DNA of 64,000 bases, from positions 2,592,001 through 2,656,000 of the forward strand of contig CBDCDZ010000004.1 in the NCBI GenBank assembly GCA_965215565.1. Direction: 5' to 3'. The notes under the pieces are model-generated. The model made no database searches. It was not told the origin of the DNA and saw nothing but the letters and a program-made list of their open reading frames with translations. Position numbers and translations under genes: made by a program. Positions 22,089 through 30,849 of this stretch are shown here, one piece after another (the first letter of the stretch is position 1; every line of letters begins with the position of its first letter). This stretch comes from Trueperaceae bacterium (GTDB lineage: Bacteria; Deinococcota; Deinococci; Deinococcales; Trueperaceae).

Positions 22089-22423
22089 ACGTCAAACTTC
22101 TTTCAGATGAGGACGTTCACGCCAGCTTAGCTGAAGCGTTGCGTAAACGTGGTTACGACGCAGTTCATTTGCAAGAGCTAGACCGTAAAGGATTGTCGGA
22201 CGCCGAGCAGCTTGCCTACGCTGCAGCGCAAGAGCGCTGCTTTATCAGCTTCAACATTAAAGACTTCGTACTTCTGCATAACCTTTACGTAACTGAGGAA
22301 AAGGAGCACTGGGGCATCTTAGTTTCTAAACAGCGTCCTGTTGGAGAGGTGCTGCGCCGCCTTCTCGCTCTTCTGCAGCCGCTCTCCGGTGAAAACACGG
22401 AAAACCATTTGGAGTTTTTGTAG
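22085..22423 (+). CDS. DUF5615 family PIN-like toxin (VapC45-like)
   Basis: LLSDEDV, SDAEQL, FNIKDF, HWGIL; overlaps the DUF433 stop. Confidence 0.85.
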   Translation: MNVKLLSDEDVHASLAEALRKRGYDAVHLQELDRKGLSDAEQLAYAAAQERCFISFNIKDFVLLHNLYVTEEKEHWGILVSKQRPVGEVLRRLLALLQPLSGENTENHLEFL

Positions 22424-22425
22424 AG

Positions 22426-22465
22426 GCTCGAGCTGAGCCTAGCGCAAATCTACGAAGGGCTCTGA
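22426..22465 (+). repeat. Third copy of the Uma2 3' end (40-bp direct repeat)
   Basis: GCTCGAGCTGAGCCTAGCGCAAATCTACGAAGGGCTCTGA (LELSLAQIYEGL*) matches 21147-21186 and 21746-21785. Confidence 0.85.
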
Positions 22466-22550
22466 TTAGCTGACCTAAAACACTACGCAGCTTGAGCCCG
22501 TTGATCTTTTAAGCCACTTGATCCATAATGCCGATCTTGGAGGTCTCAAG

Positions 22551-22847
22551 ATGGCTGATTTAACAGCAGTGGTTTACGAAGACGAGGGCGTGGTTTCTTG
22601 GGTCGAAGTCTACACGAGCGAAGAAGCGGCATATCAAGAGGTCATCATATATGTGCTGAGTCAGCTCGAGAAAGGATTTTATGTAGATTGGCGCAAAGAA
22701 TTAGAGGGGCGAACGCAGCATCCCGAGGATTTCCTCGACTACTTCAATGAAGTACAGCACATGGCAGACAAGTTCAGTTTTATCCACATAGAACCCGTAC
22801 GAAACAATCCTTTTGAGTCTACTAAAAGTAATGAAGAGGTTGGCTGA
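22551..22847 (+). CDS. Small acidic hypothetical protein
   Basis: GGAGG RBS before ATG 22551; lower GC than flanks. Confidence 0.6.
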   Translation: MADLTAVVYEDEGVVSWVEVYTSEEAAYQEVIIYVLSQLEKGFYVDWRKELEGRTQHPEDFLDYFNEVQHMADKFSFIHIEPVRNNPFESTKSNEEVG

Positions 22848-22867
22848 GCGTCTTAGAAGCTCAAATG

Positions 22868-23635
22868 TTAATTTTTTACGTAGTGACCTCTCGAGAGAAA
22901 CGAGATATATCCCTTGTCCCGCAAAAACTGTAACTGCTGCCGAATCTTATCGCGGACGAAATTATTCTCAGGGTGAAGGGCTTGCAAATGCTCCTCGAAA
23001 GCGTAGACTTCTTCAAGTCGAAACTCTTTGTGAGGAATTTTCTCGAGACAGTCTAGTACATCTAGTAACCAACCTCTACTCTTCTGCGTTGCCTGTCTCA
23101 AAAAGGCTGTCTTTTGCCACTGGCTCAAAACATCTGCTTTAACTGCAACGTCCCGGTCCTTAATGTAGAAAATCCTGCCGCTCTCAGGAATAGCTTCAAT
23201 GACGATGTTGCAACCTTCCCAGCCTGCCCTTTTTGCGGTAAGAGGTAGCGGGTTTCTTTTTTCGATAATTCTCGAGGTGAAAAAGTGCTTGGGAATGATG
23301 AGGAAGTTTTTTACGTCGTAGCGCTGCATGTCGTAGGTCAGGAAGAAGAAGTTGGGGTTATCGTCCGAAGAGATGCGTTCAATCATGGACGCATATGCGC
23401 CATCTACGATTTTCTTGCCGGGGTTGCCCTTTTTGCTCTTTAGCTCGAACTGTTCCGCGCAACGAGCACAATAAAAATCTGCAACGGGGCGGTTGTTCGC
23501 GAAGTCGTTCAGATAGTCCTGTCCGCAGTTGGGACAATACGCATTACTCTGCACCCAAGCCTCGGTTAGCACTCGAGCAATCTGAGCTTTGCTTTTATAT
23601 CCTTCGGCTTTTCGCAAATCGAGTTGTAGCTTCAC
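22868..23635 (-). CDS. DpnI-like (Dam-replacing family) methyl-directed restriction endonuclease
   Basis: SKAQIARVLTEAW, CPNC/CARC Zn motifs, NNRPVADF, ELKSK, C-terminal KIRQQLQFLRD winged helix. Confidence 0.9.
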   Translation of the reverse strand: MKLQLDLRKAEGYKSKAQIARVLTEAWVQSNAYCPNCGQDYLNDFANNRPVADFYCARCAEQFELKSKKGNPGKKIVDGAYASMIERISSDDNPNFFFLTYDMQRYDVKNFLIIPKHFFTSRIIEKRNPLPLTAKRAGWEGCNIVIEAIPESGRIFYIKDRDVAVKADVLSQWQKTAFLRQATQKSRGWLLDVLDCLEKIPHKEFRLEEVYAFEEHLQALHPENNFVRDKIRQQLQFLRDKGYISFLSRGHYVKN

Positions 23636-23764
23636 GGATAAGGTCCTCAGAGTATCTTAACTAGAAACCTATTCCATAAAGAAGTGACATTTCTGACTTC
23701 CGCAAGCCCAAACCGGGGGAAGACCTCTTCAAACTCCGCTACAGCGTGGCGCTGTAAATCCACA

Positions 23765-23795
23765 AAAAAGGACGAACCTAAGTTCGTCCCTAAAA
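23765..23795 (-). terminator. Intrinsic terminator of trxA
   Basis: GGACGAAC/GTTCGTCC stem with U-tract on the minus strand. Confidence 0.7.
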
Positions 23796-23810
23796 TGTGC
23801 AGGCTCGAGG

Positions 23811-24146
23811 CTAATTAACGCCCGCTCCCACATACTGGTTGATGCGCGACTCGTACGCGCCTTTGGGCTGCGCGCCTACCATCGTCTCGACGGGCTCGCC
23901 GTCTTTGAACAAGATGACCGTGGGGATGCTCATCACGCGGTAGCTCATCGCGGTCTGCTGATGGTCGTCCACGTTGAGCTTGCCCACTTTCACTTTGCCT
24001 TCGTAGTCGCCAGCGATCTCTTCGATAACGGGTCCAACCATGCGGCAAGGACCACACCAGGGAGCCCAGAAGTCTACCAGGACCAAGCCCTCTTGGGTCT
24101 CGTCTTTGAAGTTGCTGTCGGTGAATTCAACTGTGTTTTCTGCCAT
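23811..24146 (-). CDS. trxA: Thioredoxin
   Basis: DFWAPWCGPC, SIPT. Confidence 0.96.
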   Translation of the reverse strand: MAENTVEFTDSNFKDETQEGLVLVDFWAPWCGPCRMVGPVIEEIAGDYEGKVKVGKLNVDDHQQTAMSYRVMSIPTVILFKDGEPVETMVGAQPKGAYESRINQYVGAGVN

Positions 24147-24210
24147 GTTTCCTCCTGCCTATAGCGTAGATGAGGTGACTGAGAAAGTATGTCTTGCACT
24201 CTACGAAGCA

Positions 24211-24360
24211 GGAAGCAATGAGTTAAAAGCAATCCAGTCAAGCTGGTTATGTAATTTTGCGAAGCAAACGATTACGAAGTTTTCGCGGAGGCGAAACGGT
24301 GAGCAATGAGTAAAAGGCGTAGGTTTTCTACCTTCAACTCATTGCTCGTTGCTCATTGCT
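24211..24360. repeat. Heptamer repeat cluster with internal module
   Basis: GCAATGAG repeats; module ATCCAGTCAAGCTGG...AACGGTG at 24232-24301; overlaps the 3' end of the amidohydrolase. Confidence 0.7.
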
Positions 24361-25500
24361 GTCCCAAATATGAAGCTTCGAAGCGTCGTCCCCTCTTGTA
24401 AACCGAGGCGGCGTGAGCGACAAGGCGCGGCAACCTCCCTTGACAGCGGCGCGCACGAGCGCGAGGTCACTCGCCTTGCCGCCGTGCAGCGCCCGCGCCG
24501 CCATGACCTCTTGTTCGACGGACAAATCGGGTGAAGACCCCTTGGAATCGGTGCCGAACGCCACTTCGATGCCGTGTTTCATGTACAGTTCCCAGGGAAA
24601 GCGTCCGCATTCTAGCGCCACGTTCGAACGTGGGCAGTGCACCACCACGCAACCCGAACGCTGCACCTCGAGCACGTCCTCTTCGCTCACGTGAACCATG
24701 TGGATGAGGGTCGGTTGCGCGTCCAAAACACCTAAGTTTTTCAAGTATTGCACGGGTGTTAGACCAGAGGGCTGCCAGTGGGGGAGGAAGCTGCGCATCC
24801 TTTCCATCAGTGGACCCGTACCGTCTCTATGTAGGGCGATTTCGCCTGCGCTTTCTGCCACGTGAATCTGTATAGGCAACGCTGAGCGCTTCGCCAAGGT
24901 CGCGAGCTTCTGCAAGAGGGGTGCACTCACCGTGTGCGGTGTGTGGGGTGAAAGCCCGAGTTTGACGCCGCTGGGACGCTCCCAAGCGCGGAAGGTGCGA
25001 AGTTTTTCTACGGTCTCGTGGAAGATTTTATCGGCGTCTTCAGGGTTGGGTCCGAGCACTTCCCAGTAGGCGACGCCCTGCAAATCGGGCGCTTTGAGCA
25101 GAAGCTCCATGACCGCTTCGCTCGTGACGATGTCGCCGAGCGTAGTGACGCCTTTTGAGCGCAACTCTAAGAGCCCCGCCTTCGCCGCCTCTAAACCTCT
25201 TACGCGGCGTTCTGGCGAATAAGCGATGACTTTGGCGATAAAGGCGTCGTAGCTGCCCGCTGCAAAGGGCATGTAGGAGAGGTCTAGATGCGTATGAGCG
25301 TTGACTAAAGGCGGCGAAATGGCGAAGCCGACGTGCTTCTCTTGCGCATCTGGGAAGTTCTGCCGCGCGGTTTCCGCGTCTTCTACCGCGATAATCTGCG
25401 CCGCTTCGCCCTCCGTTTGGATGACGACTGCGCCGTTTGCTCTCGGCGTACCCATACCGTTATAGATCACGTCTGCTGTGAGGAGGTGACGCTGCAACAT
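24334..25500 (-). CDS. Amidohydrolase/deaminase family protein
   Basis: NAHTHLD, SPH, HVAES, HCPRSN, GTDS motifs. Confidence 0.88.
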   Translation of the reverse strand: MLQRHLLTADVIYNGMGTPRANGAVVIQTEGEAAQIIAVEDAETARQNFPDAQEKHVGFAISPPLVNAHTHLDLSYMPFAAGSYDAFIAKVIAYSPERRVRGLEAAKAGLLELRSKGVTTLGDIVTSEAVMELLLKAPDLQGVAYWEVLGPNPEDADKIFHETVEKLRTFRAWERPSGVKLGLSPHTPHTVSAPLLQKLATLAKRSALPIQIHVAESAGEIALHRDGTGPLMERMRSFLPHWQPSGLTPVQYLKNLGVLDAQPTLIHMVHVSEEDVLEVQRSGCVVVHCPRSNVALECGRFPWELYMKHGIEVAFGTDSKGSSPDLSVEQEVMAARALHGGKASDLALVRAAVKGGCRALSLTPPRFTRGDDASKLHIWDSNEQRAMS

Positions 25501-25516
25501 GCTCTATCATACGGTC

Positions 25517-26026
25517 ATGCCGCTAGAGAGGTTGAAGTCGGAGCGTTTAGAACTGCTGGCGCTGAGCCGTGCTGAGCTTGGGGGGTTGCTCGAGCGGCAG
25601 GTGTTAGGGATGGAGCTAACCGACAACCTCTTATCCCTAAACGTTGAACGCGCGGTTCACATCAAATTGGAGAAAATGGCGCGTTCAGACCCAAAAGACC
25701 ATCTTTGGTTCACCTACTGGCTCATCATTTTGCGAGACACTGAGTGCGGTATCGGTTTAGTAGGTTTCAAGGGCGTGCCAAACGAGCGCGGCGAGGTTGA
25801 GATTGGCTACGGGCTCGCGCCCGAATATGAGGGGCAAGGCTACATGACCGAAGCGGTGTGCGCGCTTACCGAGTGGGCATTTTTGCGTCCAGACTGTAGG
25901 GTGATTGCGCCTAATACGTCTAAGACGAACCTCGCCTCACAGCGGGTGCTGGAGAAGGTAGGGATGAAGGTCTATAAGGAGACGGTGGGGGAGCGGTTTT
26001 GGCGGCTAGAAAAGGGCGAGGGGTAG
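25517..26026 (+). CDS. GNAT family N-acetyltransferase (RimJ/RimL-like)
   Basis: EIGYGL, GQGYMTEAV, NLASQRVLEKVG. Confidence 0.88.
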   Translation: MPLERLKSERLELLALSRAELGGLLERQVLGMELTDNLLSLNVERAVHIKLEKMARSDPKDHLWFTYWLIILRDTECGIGLVGFKGVPNERGEVEIGYGLAPEYEGQGYMTEAVCALTEWAFLRPDCRVIAPNTSKTNLASQRVLEKVGMKVYKETVGERFWRLEKGEG

Positions 26027-26077
26027 GTCTGAGGCTTGACTTCGTCTCGCTTAGCGCTGTACGCTGAGTGTCCCTTA

Positions 26078-26149
26078 GGGCGGTTAGCTCAGTGGGAGAG
26101 CACTCGCTTCACACGCGAGGGGTCACTGGTTCAAATCCAGTACCGCCCA
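26078..26149 (+). tRNA. tRNA-Val(CAC), CCA not encoded
   Basis: GGGCGGT/ACCGCCC acceptor stem, CTCGC-TTCACAC-GCGAG anticodon arm, GGTTCAAATCC T-arm. Confidence 0.95.
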
Positions 26150-26180
26150 TACTCAAGAACAGCGTGCAGCACGTGATAAA

Positions 26181-26216
26181 CTGGAATGCCTAAGGGGCGT
26201 TCCGGTTCTCTTTTTG
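26181..26216 (+). terminator. Probable terminator after tRNA
   Basis: CTGGAATGCC/GGCGTTCCGG stem followed by a T-rich tract. Confidence 0.6.
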
Positions 26217-26245
26217 CTCGGTGGCAACTTTAAGGATGTTAGTCC

Positions 26246-26356
26246 TAGCATTTCCACGTTTCATTGCTACACTTCTCCGCAGATATCATCCCTTAGAGTG
26301 CGTGCCAAACAATGTTCTTATAGGTAAGAGTGTAGCTGACCAGATGATACCTGCTA
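26246..26356 (-). mobile_element. Repeat A copy fused to a repeat B end
   Basis: TAGCATTTCCACGTTTCATTGC (B end) then GCAGATATCATC...CCAGATGATACCTGCTA (A). Confidence 0.7.
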
Positions 26357-26504
26357 TCCCTATCCACCATTAGCAAAGGCAATGACCCGAACCTCGGTGC
26401 TCGCCCAGACTGCCTAGTTTAGTGTCGTTCTTCAAGCGCCGTCCTTTAGTGTTTGCGAACAACGTTGAGGTTGGCGTCGGCAGTCAGCGTGCCAAAGCGC
26501 ACTG

Positions 26505-27887
26505 CTACTCCTCGTCTACACCCCCTCGAGGAGAGGGTTCCAACACCTCTAGGACGCGCTGCCCGACACATGCCCCCTGCACCAGCCCGTTTTCAGCCGC
26601 AACCCGGTAGTGCACGCCGCCCAAAAGCCGCGACAGCGCGTTCTCCTGGGCGGCGTCATGGAACGAGTTAAAGGTGCGGGTCATCGCCTCTTGGTCGTGC
26701 GCGGCAAACGCGCCCCTGGGGTTTCTTACACCGTAAGGGTCGTCGAAAGCGGTCTCACCGAAGAAGTGGGTCAAGACCTCCGCCGCCGCCGCACCAACTA
26801 CGGCGTGACCGGACGGGTACTCAGGGAAGTTCGGCGTTTGCAAAAGAGGTCGCCAGTCGGGGTCTAGGGACTCACGAATGAGCGTTTCAGGGCGGACGAG
26901 CATGGTCTCGTACTTCGACCACCACGCCGAGATAAAGGCGTCGTGTAGGGCTGCGCCAAGGACCGCGTAGACCTCTGCGGCGTCCGCTAAGCTCAGTTCC
27001 TGCCGCTCTATCATCAGCGCCCCGATCATCAAAAAGTGTCCGCCAATCGTGCCCGTCTCGACGGGCTCATCATCCCAGAAATACGCCGTTTCGAGCGCGT
27101 CTTCACTCAGACGCTGCGAGGTCTCGTAGACCTCTATGAGCTGCGCGTGAAACGCGGAGCCGGGGGTGAGGTCAAAGGGGATGTCCAAAGGAACGTGGCA
27201 CTGTTCAGGTGTGGTGAGGTTGAGCGATCTCAAGCGTCCCCAGAACGGTTGAATCGGCGCGCGCCCTGCCCCGCGTGAGACCCAGCGCGAGGCGTCCTCG
27301 GTACGGGCGGCGGTGAGTTTAGCGGCGGAGGCGTACATGGCGTCTCTCGCTCCCTCAAACCCGTCGGTTTCCGCCCACGAGAGCACGGCGCGTCCGACCT
27401 CAGTTCCTAAATCCAACGACGCCGACAGCACCTCGCTATTCACGCTTGCCCGCCTCTCCGCAACCTGTTCCGCGTGAAGCGCAGACAGGGCGCGTTTGGT
27501 CTCTAAAGCGGAGGAGGCAAAGGGCTGCCACATGTCGCTGTTCTCTCGCATCAGTTCGCTGGTGAGCATGTGGAGGGCGGCGCTCGAGGTGGCGAGGGTG
27601 TCGTAGGTTTTGCCAGGATCAGCTTGGGGAAGCTCGAGCTTTCCACCCACCCCTCCCGCAAGTGAAGACGCTTCACCCAGCACCGCGAGCGTCTCGTTCA
27701 TAGTGAGACCTGCGTAGGCGAAGATGCGAGCGGCGACGGGCGGCGTGACGCTCTCTCCCTTGACGCGGGCGTAGAGCGTCTCCGTCCAGGCGTTGAGGGG
27801 CGCGGCGTCCTGCGCAAAACTAGGGAGCGTAAAAAATAGCGCGAGCAGCGTTAGGCTTACAACTGCCTTCTTCGCGGAAACGTTCAC
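26505..27887 (-). CDS. Secreted vanadium-dependent haloperoxidase-like protein (PAP2 superfamily)
   Basis: Signal peptide; KYETMLVRP, PEYPSGH, SRLLGGVH motifs. Confidence 0.85.
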   Translation of the reverse strand: MNVSAKKAVVSLTLLALFFTLPSFAQDAAPLNAWTETLYARVKGESVTPPVAARIFAYAGLTMNETLAVLGEASSLAGGVGGKLELPQADPGKTYDTLATSSAALHMLTSELMRENSDMWQPFASSALETKRALSALHAEQVAERRASVNSEVLSASLDLGTEVGRAVLSWAETDGFEGARDAMYASAAKLTAARTEDASRWVSRGAGRAPIQPFWGRLRSLNLTTPEQCHVPLDIPFDLTPGSAFHAQLIEVYETSQRLSEDALETAYFWDDEPVETGTIGGHFLMIGALMIERQELSLADAAEVYAVLGAALHDAFISAWWSKYETMLVRPETLIRESLDPDWRPLLQTPNFPEYPSGHAVVGAAAAEVLTHFFGETAFDDPYGVRNPRGAFAAHDQEAMTRTFNSFHDAAQENALSRLLGGVHYRVAAENGLVQGACVGQRVLEVLEPSPRGGVDEE

Positions 27888-28093
27888 CGGTGACTCCTCC
27901 TTAAAGCACCCCAGAACGAGGGCTCTGGGGTGCGGTATGAGCTAAGTGGCTAATCGCTAATCACGTCTTGCATTGACTCATTCGCTGTATTTCAACCTCG
28001 AGCCCTTAGCAGAGGTTGAGCTAACAGCCTTCGAAGAGCCAACCGCGTTTAGGACAGCGTGATGCAGTTTTGTAAAACGGTAAGTAAAAGCTA

Positions 28094-29275
28094 TTAGAGG
28101 AAGCGGAAGACGATGGGGCAATTCACGATGATGCCGACTGACCCGTAAGGCTCGCCGCCCGGCCCCGTCACCCAGCCCTGCTCGACGAAGCCCAAAATCT
28201 GAAACTCCTCGATCAAACGGCTACGGTAGCCCGCGTCAATCGCCTCTTGCGTCCACTCGCCCAAGTTCATGTCCCAGAGCGGGCTATAGTCCGTCGCGAT
28301 AGTCGGGATACCGCCCAAGATATTCAAGGCGCTTCTGCCGTCGCTAATGGCGCTATTCAAACCCTGGCGGTGCGGGTTGTCCGTGCCCGTATGTCCGTTG
28401 GTGAAGACGAAGATGCGCTCGACGGCGGAGAAGGCGCTGTCGTCGCGGCCCACCGTGATGTCCTCTAAGCCGGGGGCGAGCGTGACTGCCTCTAAGGTAG
28501 CGGCTAGGGGGTGGCTCGAGTCCGTGGATAAGTAGAGGTTCGGACGGGCAAACGAGAAGCCGGGGGTCAACTCCAACGTCACGGTGCCTTCTGACGGGCA
28601 GATCGAGATGACCTTATCGTGCAGAATGCTGTGGTCGGCGTCGCCGTTGCAGAAGAGTTCTAGGGCTTCGGCGCTCTTGTCGAAGGCAATCATGGGCGCG
28701 TTGTAGACGTGACCGCCCGCGTTCTCAACCTTGACCAGCGGCGTGTAGTTCTCGTCGCCCACCGAACCAGGTTGAAACTCAGAGGGCGGGAAGAAGTTGG
28801 GCGCGTCGCCGGGGGTGAGCATCCGCTCGGGAGTGAAGTCCACGGTGCCTTGCATGAAGGTTAAGGTGGCGTCGTTCTCCAGCACGGCGGTGCGTGCGCC
28901 ACGCCCGACTGCGCCGTACGTCAGCTTAGGCGAGTGGTTGAGGCCCAGGGCGGCGGCGTTCGCTTCGTCGTCGGTATCCGTGATGATGTACCAAACGGAC
29001 TCGCCCGATTCCATTTGCCCTTCGTAAAGAGGCAATGTGACTGTGCCCGCATCCTGGTCCACTTGCCCTGCTTTTAAGAGCTGATAGGGACCGATGAGTT
29101 CGCGCTGCACCTGTGAGGGGGCAGGGCCGAAGTAGGTCAGGGGGATGTCAGCGCCGATAGAAGGCGGCGCAGGCGCGACGTCGTCGTCGTTGCCGCCCTC
29201 CTCTTGCGCCAACGTGAGGCCCAGAAAAAGCAGGCTGAGAAGCAGAAGGGTGAAGCGTTTCGAGGTTAAGCTCAT
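28094..29275 (-). CDS. Secreted protein of unknown function (YSPLW...VNCP C-terminal domain)
   Basis: Signal peptide, strong RBS, 393 aa acidic protein. Confidence 0.8.
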   Translation of the reverse strand: MSLTSKRFTLLLLSLLFLGLTLAQEEGGNDDDVAPAPPSIGADIPLTYFGPAPSQVQRELIGPYQLLKAGQVDQDAGTVTLPLYEGQMESGESVWYIITDTDDEANAAALGLNHSPKLTYGAVGRGARTAVLENDATLTFMQGTVDFTPERMLTPGDAPNFFPPSEFQPGSVGDENYTPLVKVENAGGHVYNAPMIAFDKSAEALELFCNGDADHSILHDKVISICPSEGTVTLELTPGFSFARPNLYLSTDSSHPLAATLEAVTLAPGLEDITVGRDDSAFSAVERIFVFTNGHTGTDNPHRQGLNSAISDGRSALNILGGIPTIATDYSPLWDMNLGEWTQEAIDAGYRSRLIEEFQILGFVEQGWVTGPGGEPYGSVGIIVNCPIVFRFL

Positions 29276-29538
29276 GGTGTCTCTCCTATTCGCATCGGGG
29301 TAGGCGTGGGCGGCGTTCGGCAGCGATGGCAGTCGCGTTTAGGAATGCCGCCTTTTTTACGGGATGACGCTACAACCTCCTCTATGTCAAACTTGCCCTG
29401 AGTGTAACGCTTAGTAAAATGACCGTCTTGAATAAACTTGCGTTCACCTAGCGAAAATAAACCGAAAAAGCTTACAGCTTCCGTTGTGTGTTTTACGCCA
29501 CCATCGTCTACCTCGGTATTTGAGACGCTAAACGCGAC

Positions 29539-29564
29539 GTAAGGGGATTTATAAATCCCCTTAC
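29539..29564. repeat. Perfect 26-bp palindrome, REP-like
   Basis: GTAAGGGGATTTATAAATCCCCTTAC. Confidence 0.8.
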
Positions 29565-29636
29565 TGGCATTGACCTCTTTCCACGACTTTTTCAGCGTGG
29601 TCTACCCATATACTTTTGGCTGTGTGCTAGTGCACG

Positions 29637-29828
29637 CTACCGGAACGGTGAGGCGTCGTCATCCTCGTCATTCTCTTTGAAAGGCTGCGCGATAACCGGG
29701 CAGTTGATGACGCCTGAAGCCTTGAGTCCCGCCACAAAGCCGTTCTCGCGCCCCGTGCTCCCCTCGAAGCTCGTGACAAGCCCCGCGTCCATTAGCTCGC
29801 GCAAGTCTTCGAAGCCGGTGATGCGGCG
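29637..29828 (-). pseudogene. C-terminal remnant of a paralog of the 28094-29275 protein
   Basis: RRITGFEDLRELMDAGLVTS...SGVINCPVIAQP; no start codon, in-frame stop at 29853-29855. Confidence 0.6.
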
Positions 29829-30001
29829 TGAAATCTTGAATAAGTAGCGTTTCTACTTGAAGCTGCTGTAGCAGCTTCAAGTGTGCGCGGAAAAGAGCCT
29901 TGAGCTGGAGGTAGCCTTCTCCCGGAGGAGGGCGACGCAAACGGGCAGCCGCTTTGCCGTTGCATCTTCAAATAAAAGCAGCGCGCTACACCGCCGCGCC
30001 C

Positions 30002-30667
30002 TCACAGTTTCATCCAGTAGCGCCCCCTCGAGCCCTTCAAAAGGCCCTCTTCGCGAAGCTGAGCGAACACGTACGAGACCGTGACCCGCGTGGCGTTGAC
30101 TAGAGCCGCTACGTCCTCGTGCGTCAAGAGCAGGTCGAGCTTGACCCAGCAGCCGTGCTCGCCTCCATATTTTTCCCTGTATTCGTTAGGATGCGCCGCG
30201 CCGAAGCGCGGCGCGAGCCAAGCAAAGAGCCACCGGACGCGAGTGTCCGTAGCGTAAGTTGACAGCGCGACGTGCATCTCCGCTGAGGCGAGCTGCCGCG
30301 CTAACTGAGCCAAGAGGTCTGAAAACGCGCCCTCGCCCTGCCCCTCCAACAAGGACTCACGGGGCGTGTAGTCGAGCGTCACCTCGGTCACGCAGCGCGC
30401 GTCGGCGGTGTGGCAGGCGCGCTGCCCCAGCGCACTAGGTCTTAGCACGTCGCCCGGTCCGGCTAAACGCACGGTAATCTCGCGCCCCTCTTCGGTGAGG
30501 TGCACGAGCCGCACCAGGCCCGACTTCACCGTGTAGAGCCCCGCCACCGGATCGCCGCAGTGAAAAACCGGCTCGCCCCTGGTGAAGTGGCGAAAGAGGT
30601 TCGGTGCGCCGTAAGGCGCGGGGGGTGGAATTTTGTCAGGCGTTGGCGTCAACGTCAGCGTTTTCAT
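30002..30667 (-). CDS. Crp/Fnr family transcriptional regulator
   Basis: SGLVRL, GPGDVL, LTHEDVAALVNATRVTVS HTH; GGAGG before ATG 30667. Confidence 0.88.
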   Translation of the reverse strand: MKTLTLTPTPDKIPPPAPYGAPNLFRHFTRGEPVFHCGDPVAGLYTVKSGLVRLVHLTEEGREITVRLAGPGDVLRPSALGQRACHTADARCVTEVTLDYTPRESLLEGQGEGAFSDLLAQLARQLASAEMHVALSTYATDTRVRWLFAWLAPRFGAAHPNEYREKYGGEHGCWVKLDLLLTHEDVAALVNATRVTVSYVFAQLREEGLLKGSRGRYWMKL

Positions 30668-30849
30668 GGTGTGCCTCCTATAGTTGAGGCTACGGCGCAG
30701 CACCTCTTAGCGTCTTGAAAGAAGTTGCGGGTGGCTCTCCTTTGGCGTATGTCTACGCACCCTTACACCGACCTGAATATCTTGTAAGGGACGTGTAAGA
30801 CCCCTGTAAACCCGCTTCGTCAAGACTGTCTCCACAAAGGAGGAGACAG

